Positions 6,716 through 14,882 of a stretch of 36,601 nucleotides of DNA are shown piece by piece. The translations under genes and the position numbers were made by a program. Origin of the DNA: a virus; the IMG/VR virus record IMGVR_UViG_3300037104_000497, positions 1 to 36,601 of that record; one strand, written 5' to 3'. Position 1 is the first letter of the stretch; each line of letters opens with the position of its first letter. Under the pieces are notes generated by a model. That model did not search any database and was not told where the DNA came from. It worked only from the letters and a program-made list of their open reading frames with translations.

Positions 6716-7132
6716 ATGAGAGCTTTTAACATGGTTGAATTTACACAAGATTTAAAAGAATACATTAAGGAATTAGAGAAGGTAAATAAGCAATTAGCAA
6801 AGCTTACCTTACGTAAGGAAGAACTAACCGACATGATCATTTCTGCCATGAGCCACGATCATGAAGGCCAACGCACTTATGAGTACGATGTATGGAAAGT
6901 AGAGATTAAGACTCCAATCACATACTGTTTAAATAAAAAGCTCTATGAATCAGGGAACATTGTCCTGCCAGACAGTTTCAATCCTATCAAAGAATCGATA
7001 GCGTATTCAATTGATAAAGGGCTTTGTGACAAATATATGTTAGATGCACCTAAAAAAGTACAGGTTGCATTAGCAGAATTGATAGATAAAAAGCCCGGGA
7101 AGGCAAGCATTACAATTAAGGAGAGATTTTAA
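6716..7132 (+). CDS. Hypothetical protein, first gene of the recombination module
   Basis: ORF track with an AAAGAGG RBS. Confidence 0.6.
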   Translation: MRAFNMVEFTQDLKEYIKELEKVNKQLAKLTLRKEELTDMIISAMSHDHEGQRTYEYDVWKVEIKTPITYCLNKKLYESGNIVLPDSFNPIKESIAYSIDKGLCDKYMLDAPKKVQVALAELIDKKPGKASITIKERF

Positions 7133-7797
7133 TGAGTAACACAGTATTAATAATAGGGCAATCGGGGAGTGGTAAATCTACTTCCCTGCGTCACTTAAAC
7201 CCTAAAACGACATTTATCATTAATGTTTTAGACAAACCTCTACCCTTTAAAGCTTTTAGAAAAAACTATCTTCCTTTTACTAAAACAAATAAGGAAGGCA
7301 ACTATTATACGACCGATGATTGGGCGCAAGTAGTCAAATGTATTGAGATGGTAAACAAGGAAAAGCCAGAAATCACGACACTGATTATCGATGACTGGCA
7401 ATACATCCTAGCGCATGAATTTATGCGTCGTGTCTCTGAGAAAGGATTTGATAAGTTTTCAGAATTAGCAAATCACGGTTGGTCAACGATTAATGCCTGT
7501 TTAGGCACGCGTCCGACACTGACTAACTTTATCTTGGCGCACAGTGATGTCGATTCAACGGGGCGATCAAAATGCAAAACAATTGGAAAAATGCTTGATG
7601 AGAAAATTACTATCGAGGGTTTATTCACAACGGTTTTACATTCTCGTGTCGTGGATGGCGAGTACAAGTTTCAAACTCAATACGATGGTGAGTTTTTAGC
7701 AAAAAGCCCTATGGGTATGTTCGAGGAGCATTTAATACCAAACGATTTAGTTTCGGTAAAAGATGCGGTTGAAAATTACTTTAATGATGAGGTATAA
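7132..7797 (+). CDS. P-loop ATPase (Sak4/AAA_24-like recombination ATPase)
   Basis: Walker A IIGQSGSGKST and Walker B TLIIDDW. Its position upstream of an SSB-like gene and a PD-(D/E)XK nuclease is the usual layout of this module. Confidence 0.7.
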   Translation: MSNTVLIIGQSGSGKSTSLRHLNPKTTFIINVLDKPLPFKAFRKNYLPFTKTNKEGNYYTTDDWAQVVKCIEMVNKEKPEITTLIIDDWQYILAHEFMRRVSEKGFDKFSELANHGWSTINACLGTRPTLTNFILAHSDVDSTGRSKCKTIGKMLDEKITIEGLFTTVLHSRVVDGEYKFQTQYDGEFLAKSPMGMFEEHLIPNDLVSVKDAVENYFNDEV

Positions 7798-7799
7798 AC

Positions 7800-8363
7800 A
7801 TGAGCGCAAGTTTTTGGGATTCAGAGGTGGGCGAAGTGACAGGCAAAGCACAAGATGCATTTGCAAAACAATTTACACAAATACCGGATGGTACAAAGGC
7901 GCTCGCTAAAATCGAGAGCTTCACCAACCAAGTCTACAAAGATACGGGATTTAAATATCTCAATATCGAATGGGTTTTGACAGACGGTGATTTTAAAGGA
8001 TGTAAAGTGCAGCAAAAATTGAAAGTCTATGGCGGTGATCAATACGATAAAGATCCGATGAAAACGCGTCATCGTGCTTTAAATATGCTTAAGCTTTTAT
8101 ATCAGTTATTCAATATAAAGCCTAAGCATACGAATCCACCCACCGATCAAGATCTAGCCGCGTTTATAGCTAAAGTTGCAGGTATTAAGATTCGTGAAAC
8201 AGCCCCGAATGATAAGGGTAAACAATATAATTGGGTTGCTGAGGTACACGCATCGCAAGGCTTTAAAAGTGAAACGGGGATTGGTATGCAAGTGGTGGCT
8301 CAGGCTGCGTTTACGACCGATACTTCACCACCACCCTTTGACGATAGCGATGTACCTTTTTAA
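7800..8363 (+). CDS. SSB-like ssDNA-binding protein (DUF669-like) with an acidic C-terminal tip DDSDVPF
   Basis: The C-terminus PPPFDDSDVPF mimics the bacterial SSB tail (DDDIPF). Gene context supports the call. Family assignment is from memory only. Confidence 0.55.
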   Translation: MSASFWDSEVGEVTGKAQDAFAKQFTQIPDGTKALAKIESFTNQVYKDTGFKYLNIEWVLTDGDFKGCKVQQKLKVYGGDQYDKDPMKTRHRALNMLKLLYQLFNIKPKHTNPPTDQDLAAFIAKVAGIKIRETAPNDKGKQYNWVAEVHASQGFKSETGIGMQVVAQAAFTTDTSPPPFDDSDVPF

Positions 8364-8375
8364 AAAGGGCGAAAA

Positions 8376-9029
8376 GTGATAAAAAATACATTATGTAAAA
8401 AGATCGAAAAAGTACAGTCGCGGGATGATAAAAAAACCCGCGACTACATAGGGGCATCCGGTATTGGCGCTGAATGTTTGCGCCAAATCTGGTATGAATT
8501 TAAAGGCGTTGAAGCGGAGTCTGTGCCGACCAAAATACGCAGGACATGGGCTATAGGTCGCCATCTTGAAGGTTTAATATTGGATTGGCTAAGCGAGGCT
8601 GGCATTGAAATTGCTAGATCATGGGCTGACCTTGTAGCGGATGAAATGCCATTTTTTAAAGGCCATCTCGATTCTGTATGGATGAAAAAAGGTAAACCGT
8701 TTGCTATCATCGAAATTAAAACCGCAAAGGATACCAGCTTCAATATTTTTGTTAAAAAAGGCTTACGTACTTGGAACCCGCAATATTATGCGCAAATACA
8801 GTCGTACATGGGTATGAGTGGGATTCATAGTGCGTATATATTAGTTCTCAATAAAGATAATAGTGAAATTGCAGACGAACTGGTAAATTTTGATGAAGTG
8901 TTTTATCAAGCGTTACGGAAAAAGGCGGCTATGGTTGCTAATGCGAATGTGGCACCGCCTAGGATTAATGGGTCGCCTTTGTGGTATCAGTGTAAAATGT
9001 GTAAGTTTAATAAGGTATGTCATAAATGA
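8376..9029 (+). CDS. PD-(D/E)XK exonuclease (Cas4/RecB-like, with C-terminal cysteines)
   Basis: GHLDSV...AIIEIKT gives the D...ExK motif, followed by QYYAQIQSYM (QxxxY) and the C-terminal WYQCKMCKFNKVCH. GTG start. Confidence 0.7.
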   Translation: MIKNTLCKKIEKVQSRDDKKTRDYIGASGIGAECLRQIWYEFKGVEAESVPTKIRRTWAIGRHLEGLILDWLSEAGIEIARSWADLVADEMPFFKGHLDSVWMKKGKPFAIIEIKTAKDTSFNIFVKKGLRTWNPQYYAQIQSYMGMSGIHSAYILVLNKDNSEIADELVNFDEVFYQALRKKAAMVANANVAPPRINGSPLWYQCKMCKFNKVCHK

Positions 9030-9298
9030 TAGATGAAGAAAATACAAAAGTTATAATGGAAAAATTACGCGATAAATTCTTAAAAGCGATTAATGAATTT
9101 TGCAGAGATAATCCTAAGAAGGGTATTTTATTACCTATTTCTACACTGATTGGCACTATAACCGTACTGCTTAGTATGAGTGATAGAGATGTTAAATTTG
9201 ATAATGAAATAATAAAACATGCTGAAAAATTTATTTTTGAAACGCATATTTTACTGGAAAAAATTGATCATGAAAGAAAAAATAATAGCCAACATTGA
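9026..9298 (+). CDS. Hypothetical protein (90 aa)
   Basis: ORF track. ATGA overlap with the upstream stop. Confidence 0.5.
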   Translation: MIDEENTKVIMEKLRDKFLKAINEFCRDNPKKGILLPISTLIGTITVLLSMSDRDVKFDNEIIKHAEKFIFETHILLEKIDHERKNNSQH

Positions 9299-9425
9299 AA
9301 ATATAAGTAAATATTCACCGGATTTATTAGAAATATATTTAATGTGCGAGATAAAAAAATATGATATTAGAAAAACAGGTTTGCTCACTAGAATTATCCA
9401 AGCGGTTAAAAGAGCTTGGGGTTAA
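9270..9425 (+). CDS. Possible small ORF (51 aa) overlapping both neighbours
   Basis: ATG at 9270 (MKEKIIANIENISKY...). Weak RBS. Overlaps 9361..9729 by 65 nt. Confidence 0.25.
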   Translation: MKEKIIANIENISKYSPDLLEIYLMCEIKKYDIRKTGLLTRIIQAVKRAWG

Positions 9426-9729
9426 ACAAGAAAGTTTGTTTTGGTATACATGCTTTATGAATGGTACAGCAGATATTTATTTTCAGTATGATAGGAAGCA
9501 TATTCCGCCAGCTCTTTGTTCAGCCTTCACAGTCGCAGAGCTTGGTGAACTCATGCCAATCGGGTATAGAACTCATAAAGAATATTATACATGGTATGTA
9601 ACAACTAATCACTGTTTACGATGTGATAACGAAGATTTTTTTATCATGGATAAAAACGAAGCCGACGCACGCGCTAAAATGCTTATCTATCTATTAGAAA
9701 ATGGATTAATGGAGTTACCGAATGAATGA
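9361..9729 (+). CDS. Conserved-looking hypothetical phage protein (122 aa)
   Basis: The N-terminal LELSKRLKELGVKQESLFWY and later AFTVAELGELMP resemble a recurrent phage family of unknown function. There is no obvious RBS. Confidence 0.55.
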   Translation: MILEKQVCSLELSKRLKELGVKQESLFWYTCFMNGTADIYFQYDRKHIPPALCSAFTVAELGELMPIGYRTHKEYYTWYVTTNHCLRCDNEDFFIMDKNEADARAKMLIYLLENGLMELPNE

Positions 9730-10036
9730 ACTAACCAAAAATAAACAAGAAACCGAAATAGCCCCCCGCGAGCAAGTCTTAAACGCCCATCAATTCCTAA
9801 AGGATTTTCTAGCGAAATTTGACCATGCAGAACGTGGCGGTATTCATGACTTTATGGAAATTGCATTATTCAATATGATTAACTTGTCTATCAAGAATAT
9901 TGATGTTTACTTACAAAGTGGCCATCACCAAGTAAGTGCCACCGAAATTATGAGTATTGTGGCTGACTCATATCAAAAAGTATTGGATGGGATTAAGCGT
10001 AATTTGGGTGAGATGAGGCCGGTGAATTTCAGATGA
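9722..10036 (+). CDS. Hypothetical protein (104 aa)
   Basis: ORF track. Overlaps the upstream stop by 8 nt. Confidence 0.55.
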   Translation: MNELTKNKQETEIAPREQVLNAHQFLKDFLAKFDHAERGGIHDFMEIALFNMINLSIKNIDVYLQSGHHQVSATEIMSIVADSYQKVLDGIKRNLGEMRPVNFR

Positions 10037-10055
10037 GATTGTTTTAGGTGTTGGC

Positions 10056-10523
10056 ATGCTTACAAAAATTTGTATCAAACACGGTGAACTAGATGAAAAA
10101 GATATACATGTTAATAAAAAAGGATGGAAGAAATGCCGAATTTGTGCCAGAGAAAGCTCTACAATACATAGGAAAGAGAATAAAGGGAAAGTTGCTGAGT
10201 TAAATAAAAATTGGCGAGAAAAAAATCCAGAATATCGGAAAAATAGAAGTCAGGACGAAAAAAATAGAGTCAATAAATTACAAAAACAATATTATCACAA
10301 TCATAAAGATAGATATTGCGAGCTTAGAAAAAAAAATGTTAACAGAAAAATAGCCCACAAAATTGCGAGCATAGAGCTTAAAGATTCATATGTAAAAAGA
10401 TTAATAACCCAAAGGTCTTTGTTAAATAGTAAAGATGTAACGCCAGAATGGATAGAATTAAAAAGGACTATCGTCAAGATAAAAAGAAAATTAAGGAACA
10501 AATGTGAAAATAAAGAATATTGA
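10056..10523 (+). CDS. Lys/Arg-rich protein with an N-terminal Cys/His module paralogous to the Endo VII gene at 32058, but lacking the nuclease domain
   Basis: ICIKHGELDEKDIHVNKKGWKKCRICARES aligns with ICKKHGDLSSLQVYKRTPKKDWLSCRLCAKAR of ORF 32058..32633. The rest is basic and low-complexity. Confidence 0.55.
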   Translation: MLTKICIKHGELDEKDIHVNKKGWKKCRICARESSTIHRKENKGKVAELNKNWREKNPEYRKNRSQDEKNRVNKLQKQYYHNHKDRYCELRKKNVNRKIAHKIASIELKDSYVKRLITQRSLLNSKDVTPEWIELKRTIVKIKRKLRNKCENKEY

Positions 10524-10758
10524 TGATTTAAGACAACATGCTTTAAATACCCTTGAAGATTTAGATAATGGTAAAATTAGTATAGAACAGGCAGGTGTAA
10601 CAGGTAAATTATGCGAAAATGTTATGTCAACTTTAAAAGTACAGGTGGAAGTAGCAAAAATGCTTGGGCGTGAGCCTAATATCCCTTTTTTGGGTAATAC
10701 TTCAAAAGGTAGAATAATTAGTATTAAACAAAATAAAAGATTAGCTACAGATAAATAA
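10504..10758 (+). CDS. Hypothetical protein (84 aa), GTG start
   Basis: ORF track. Overlaps the upstream gene by 20 nt. Confidence 0.4.
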   Translation: MKIKNIDDLRQHALNTLEDLDNGKISIEQAGVTGKLCENVMSTLKVQVEVAKMLGREPNIPFLGNTSKGRIISIKQNKRLATDK

Positions 10759-10772
10759 GGATTTATTTTGTG

Positions 10773-13160
10773 ATGAAGCAATTACGCCCCTATCAACAGG
10801 AAGTGTTAGACAAGCTAAAGATAAGGCTAAAAGAAACCGATCATCCACTATTGGTAAACGCCAGTGTGGGCTCAGGCAAATCGCTTATCATTGCCGAATT
10901 GTTGCGCCACGTAGAACGCGGCGGTTATCGCGCTCTGTGTCTGACAATGAATAGCACTCTGATTCGCCAGAATGCTGATACCTATACAAAACAAGGCGGT
11001 CACGCAGGTATATATTGCGCAACACTTAATATGAGAGATACACGCCAACCCATTATTTTTGCATCGCCTCTCTCTGTTAGAGGAAGCATAAAAAAAGGCC
11101 ATACACTTTCAAAAATACCTTTTAACCTCATTATCGTTGATGAATGCCACAACATTAACTTTAATGAGAAAGGCACAACGTACATGCGCATATTTAACCA
11201 TTATAATTCATTAGGTCAAAAAATTAGATTCGTTGGTTTAACGGGTACGCCCTATCGTGGAAAAGGTCATACCATTGTAGGTGACAACCTTTTCTTTAAA
11301 GAGGAAGTGTGTGCGATTACTGCCGATTGGTTAATTGAAAATACGTATCTCACACCGCCCAAATGGGGCTATTGTGAAAAAACACTGCAATATGATTTTC
11401 ACGAATTGAAAGTTAATGCCATGGGTAAGTTTAATTCTGTTCAACTAGATGAAGCGATACACAAAAAGCCTCGCCTTACTGGTAAAATTATGGCTGAGGT
11501 CACAGAGATAGTTAAAAATCGTAAAGGCGCATTTATCTTTGCATCCAGCGTTAAACATTGTCAGGAATGTGCGGAATGGTTGCCACCGGATGAAACTGCA
11601 ATCATTACGGGTGAAACACCGGACAATATGCGCGAGCTTTATATTACAAAAGCGCGTGCCGGTATCATCAAATACTTGGTCAATGTCAATGTGTTGAGTA
11701 CAGGCGTAGACGTGCCTACCTTCGACACCATCGTCTTTGTACGCCCCACAGAATCGCTTGTATTATATATGCAGTGCTTAGGTCGAGGCTTACGCCTTGC
11801 AGATGGTAAAACGGATTGTTTGATTTTAGACTATGCAGGAAATCTGGATAGACACGGAGACATTGATAATCCAGTGATTAATAAAGCCATACAACCAAAT
11901 GACCCTAATGATCCAGATTATTGCATTGAATGCTTTACTTGTAATTCTATGAACACGCTTATGTCACGGCGCTGTATCGGTTTCAAAGAGGATAAACGTT
12001 GCGATCATTGGTTTGAATGGCGAGATTGTCCGGGTTGTGGATCAAAAAACGATATTGTGTCACGTCAATGCCGATCTTGTCATACTGAGTTAATTGATCC
12101 TAATAGTAAATTAAGTCATTTTGCATCCATTAAAGATAAAATGCTTTTATACGTAAAAGAAACACAATATGCACTATCTATTGTAAACGGTTTTCCACGT
12201 TTTGATATTCGTTATTTAATCGATAAAACTAACAACCCTACATCTTACAAAATAGTACAAGAAAACTTTTTATTAAGCAGTGATAAAGCAGTTAGATTTT
12301 TTTATCATACGGTTGTACAATCCCATTTTATACATGCGCATCAAGCCTACTCTCGTTTACAAAATATTACATACTTGAAAAGCATTATTGAAAATGGCGA
12401 GTTATATTCACCGAGGGCAATACAGTGTGTAGAAATGGATAATAATCGTTTAAAAGTAATTGAAAAATATTTTGATCACCCAATAATAGAAACTGATTTA
12501 CGGCAATTAGACGTACTCTATACATTCTATGATTTTGATCAACTAAAAAATACAGTCACGTTTGAATATTTAGTACGTGAAAATGAAATATTCAGTTTAA
12601 TTAGAGATAGTTACCGATTAAAAACACCAACGTCCTATAAACGTTTTTCAAAAAATTATGGGTCAGTAGTTGCCAGTCATGTTGAAAGAATAATAGATAT
12701 TAAACATCTAATAGAAACTCCTAGCAAAATATGGGTTGATATAAATAATAGGATGCAACGTTTTGTTAAAGATGCCCCAACTATTAAGGATGAACAGAGA
12801 TATAATTTTTTATGTCAAAGAATAAATTTAAATACTATATTTGAAAAATGGTGTGAGATTATTAAAATTCAAATATTTAATAATTATATTTCTTATGATA
12901 GACAAGATAAATTTTTTAAAGTATTTAGAGTTAGAATATATGCATATTATAAATTTATTAGTGTTAAAGGAAATGAATTAGAAGGGTTAGTAAATATTTT
13001 ATGTGATTTAACTGAAAGCGACCTCGATAAAATCCAATCAAAAGAATATCGCTATTTACAAGTTATAGCCGATGGCCTACATGGTGAAGATGTAGAGCAA
13101 TGGAAAACGGCAGAGGATAAGATATTTCTGAAACAGAATTGCTATAATTGGCGAGAATAA
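10773..13160 (+). CDS. SF2 DEAD/DEAH-type helicase with an internal zinc-ribbon cluster and an unassigned C-terminal region of about 350 aa
   Basis: Motif I NASVGSGKS, motif II IIVDECHN, motif III LTGTPYR, motif VI QCLGRGLR. Then CIECFTCNS...RCDHWF...CPGCGS...CRSCHT. ATG at 10773 is preferred over GTG at 10770. Confidence 0.85.
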   Translation: MKQLRPYQQEVLDKLKIRLKETDHPLLVNASVGSGKSLIIAELLRHVERGGYRALCLTMNSTLIRQNADTYTKQGGHAGIYCATLNMRDTRQPIIFASPLSVRGSIKKGHTLSKIPFNLIIVDECHNINFNEKGTTYMRIFNHYNSLGQKIRFVGLTGTPYRGKGHTIVGDNLFFKEEVCAITADWLIENTYLTPPKWGYCEKTLQYDFHELKVNAMGKFNSVQLDEAIHKKPRLTGKIMAEVTEIVKNRKGAFIFASSVKHCQECAEWLPPDETAIITGETPDNMRELYITKARAGIIKYLVNVNVLSTGVDVPTFDTIVFVRPTESLVLYMQCLGRGLRLADGKTDCLILDYAGNLDRHGDIDNPVINKAIQPNDPNDPDYCIECFTCNSMNTLMSRRCIGFKEDKRCDHWFEWRDCPGCGSKNDIVSRQCRSCHTELIDPNSKLSHFASIKDKMLLYVKETQYALSIVNGFPRFDIRYLIDKTNNPTSYKIVQENFLLSSDKAVRFFYHTVVQSHFIHAHQAYSRLQNITYLKSIIENGELYSPRAIQCVEMDNNRLKVIEKYFDHPIIETDLRQLDVLYTFYDFDQLKNTVTFEYLVRENEIFSLIRDSYRLKTPTSYKRFSKNYGSVVASHVERIIDIKHLIETPSKIWVDINNRMQRFVKDAPTIKDEQRYNFLCQRINLNTIFEKWCEIIKIQIFNNYISYDRQDKFFKVFRVRIYAYYKFISVKGNELEGLVNILCDLTESDLDKIQSKEYRYLQVIADGLHGEDVEQWKTAEDKIFLKQNCYNWRE

Positions 13161-13173
13161 CTATAATAATATT

Positions 13174-13231
13174 AGGCTTCGGCGTGTGTCTTGCGCATAT
13201 GATATCCACGGATGCCCCCTCGAAGCCTTTT
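13174..13231 (+). terminator. Possible terminator of the rightward operon (8-bp stem, large structured loop, short T run)
   Basis: AGGCTTCG (13174-13181) pairs with CGAAGCCT (13221-13228), followed by TTTCC. It sits in the convergent intergenic region. Confidence 0.4.
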
Positions 13232-13298
13232 CCAAAGCGAAAGCAGAGGACGGCAAACCTGTCTGCGTGACAGTGAGGCTATGAGATTCTAGGGGGTT

Positions 13299-13541
13299 TC
13301 AAAATCCCCCTGATTCGCCAGTTATAACCCACTCATGATTTTCATCCGGTATAAAACACATCGATGTAGACACCTTATCTCTCCAACGAATGCTATGTGA
13401 GACAAGCCAGCCTCCGAGTGTTTTAGCTCTAGCTGTAGCAAATGAGATAACTCCATTTTCGTGATGAAAAATATCTTCCCATGCTAATTGATTATTTGTC
13501 TTTTCTGTTTCAATTTCTAAACCGTCTATATTAACTTTCAC
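13299..13541 (-). CDS. Hypothetical protein (80 aa)
   Basis: ORF track. The stop is embedded in the hairpin AGGGGG/CCCCCT (13291-13311). Confidence 0.5.
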   Translation of the reverse strand: MKVNIDGLEIETEKTNNQLAWEDIFHHENGVISFATARAKTLGGWLVSHSIRWRDKVSTSMCFIPDENHEWVITGESGGF

Positions 13542-13945
13542 TTAGGAGCCTCCGGTAAATAATTCCAATGTGTTACATATTTTGTAAGATCAACTTCATC
13601 TAGTTCGCCATTATAAAAACATTTATTAATATACATAGCTAATTCAGCTCTATCGTCACACCAAACCAACACATTGCTTTTATCAATAGGTAACTTTTCA
13701 TTCACATCAAACCACTCTTTCTTCAAAGACAAACATTGATTTACTGCAATCTCAATAGTATTAAGCACTATATTAAAGCTTTTAATTTGATCTTCAAATA
13801 TTGATAATACGAATGGTACAGAACAAGTATAAGATTCCATTTCTTTTCCGTCCTTAATATCTTCAAATGTGCTGCATTCTAAATCAATTCTTAAACATGA
13901 TTGATTCTGATTTTTATCATAGATGTAATTTATTTTTATTTTCAT
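13538..13945 (-). CDS. DUF551-type phage protein (135 aa)
   Basis: The C-terminus WFDVNEKLPIDKSNVLVWCDD...VTHWNYLPEAPK matches the DUF551 signature (W..LP...VLV....THW..LPe.P) from memory. Confidence 0.6.
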   Translation of the reverse strand: MKIKINYIYDKNQNQSCLRIDLECSTFEDIKDGKEMESYTCSVPFVLSIFEDQIKSFNIVLNTIEIAVNQCLSLKKEWFDVNEKLPIDKSNVLVWCDDRAELAMYINKCFYNGELDEVDLTKYVTHWNYLPEAPK

Positions 13946-14018
13946 TTTTTTATTCTCTAAATAGGTGGCCTATTTTCAGTTATTAGCTAATAGCTGGACG
14001 TCTCAACTTATCGTCGGC

Positions 14019-14094
14019 CATTAAAAGCGGCTGATCTTCTCAAATACTTCCAATAGATAATTCTCACGTCATTCTAATTTTGAGAAGATTAGCC
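14019..14094 (-). terminator. Second tandem hairpin/terminator T2 (16-bp stem, 34-nt loop, tail GCTTTTAATGG)
   Basis: 14029-14044 (ggctgatcttctcaaa) pairs with 14079-14094 (tttgagaagattagcc). The only non-Watson-Crick pair is g14033/t14090. The minus-sense tail is GCTTTTAATGGCC. Confidence 0.45.
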
Positions 14095-14131
14095 ATAAAA
14101 AGCGGCCTATTATACTAAATGGCACGCCGCT
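14095..14131 (-). terminator. Intrinsic terminator T1 downstream of tRNA-Gln
   Basis: Minus sense reads AGCGGC(GTGCCATTTAGTATAATAGGC)GCCGCT followed by TTTTATGG. The stem is 14101-14106/14126-14131. Confidence 0.55.
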
Positions 14132-14187
14132 AGGACGGACAAATGCTTATTGGGAAACCCCACATTTAATATCGTCGGCCATAAACG

Positions 14188-14258
14188 TTTAGAGAGATGG
14201 ACTCGAACCACCATTAGCTCCGTCAAAGGGAGCTGTCCGACCATTAGACGATCTCTAA
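14188..14258 (-). tRNA. tRNA-Gln (anticodon UUG), 71 nt, CCA not encoded
   Basis: Hand-folded minus strand: TTAGAGA TC GTCT AATGGTC GGAC A GCTCC CTTTGAC GGAGC TAAT GGTGG TTCGAGT CCATC TCTCTAA A. It has a 7-bp acceptor stem, a TTCGAGT T-loop, and anticodon loop C-T-TTG-A-C. Confidence 0.85.
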
Positions 14259-14847
14259 ATAAACAGGCGCAGCAGTCATTGTTGGTCTATTAGGCTCCAA
14301 CTACCATATTGGGCGCGTTGTGACGAGCTACCATACGAGGACGCGCACTCCGCCTCTTAGGTCAATGCTCTGTTACTGCATAAACAGGCGGCAATCATAA
14401 GCAGTAGGGTATTTATTCCCATCTTTTAACTAACGCTGCTATTGGCTAGCACTTAGATTACCATAAAAGAGGTATCGTGGTTAGCCAAGGCGATCTTCAT
14501 CTAAGAAGTAGCTGTACTAAAAAGATTGCTCCACGATACTTCATACACTGGCGGGATGTTCCAGTCTTTCACTGGAAAGCCAAGTAGGTGAATCGGCAGC
14601 TTTCACGAGAACTACGGTGTTTTTTTAACACTTCTCGCACCTAAGAAAGCTATGCAGCAAATTCTGCACCTCCATCCCATAAACATCATTTAAGCGGGCG
14701 ACTAGATACTCTTTGGGGAGTCATCCCATGCCCTTTCTAATCGACCTAGCCGCTTTTGTTAGACACCGTTGACGCCACGGTACGGCTATGGTTTGCGGAT
14801 TTCTGCCAGTGACTAAACTGGCTCACGCCCTCTTAAATGATACTTCG
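14259..14847 (-). ncRNA. Candidate large structured non-coding RNA (about 590 nt) co-transcribed with tRNA-Gln. Class unknown and strand not fully resolved.
   Basis: There is no ORF of 60 aa or more in any frame, and no SD-preceded ATG on the minus sense. G+C is elevated. Many nested complementary segments are present (coordinates in findings). A promoter-like element lies at 14882-14854 and terminators follow the tRNA. Confidence 0.4.
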
Positions 14848-14853
14848 AGGGTA

Positions 14854-14882
14854 ATAATAATATATCTATATACATATATCAA
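14854..14882 (-). promoter_or_regulatory. Sigma70-like promoter TTGATA-17 nt-TATTAT directly after parG, pointing into the ORF-free segment
   Basis: Minus sense has TTGATA (14882-14877), the spacer TATGTATATAGATATAT (17 nt), and TATTAT (14859-14854). It lies in AT-rich repeats, so a chance match is possible. Confidence 0.4.

Noticed and set aside
13201-13210. DnaA-box-like ATATCCACG in the convergent intergenic region
   Set aside because: It matches the consensus at only 7 of 9 positions and is a single copy. It sits inside the terminator hairpin loop.
14010-14185. CRISPR-like or iteron array (ATCGTCGGCCAT x2, GCCAT(T)AAAAGCGGC x2, spaced about 80 nt)
   Set aside because: There are only two copies of each, with irregular spacing. 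The second motif is simply the stem-end plus T-tail of two tandem terminator hairpins. There are no cas genes.
14188-14258. tRNA as an attP / integration site
   Set aside because: The tRNA is complete rather than a 3' fragment. No integrase is encoded, and no duplicated tRNA 3' half is present elsewhere in the window.
14282-14362. Second, degenerate tRNA or Y-RNA-like element upstream of tRNA-Gln (D-arm-like CCAATATGGTAGTTGG, a long closing stem, and the repeated leader CGCCTGTTTAT)
   Set aside because: No T-arm (GTTCRANYC) or anticodon arm can be drawn, so a cloverleaf does not close. It is kept only as part of the larger structured-RNA candidate.
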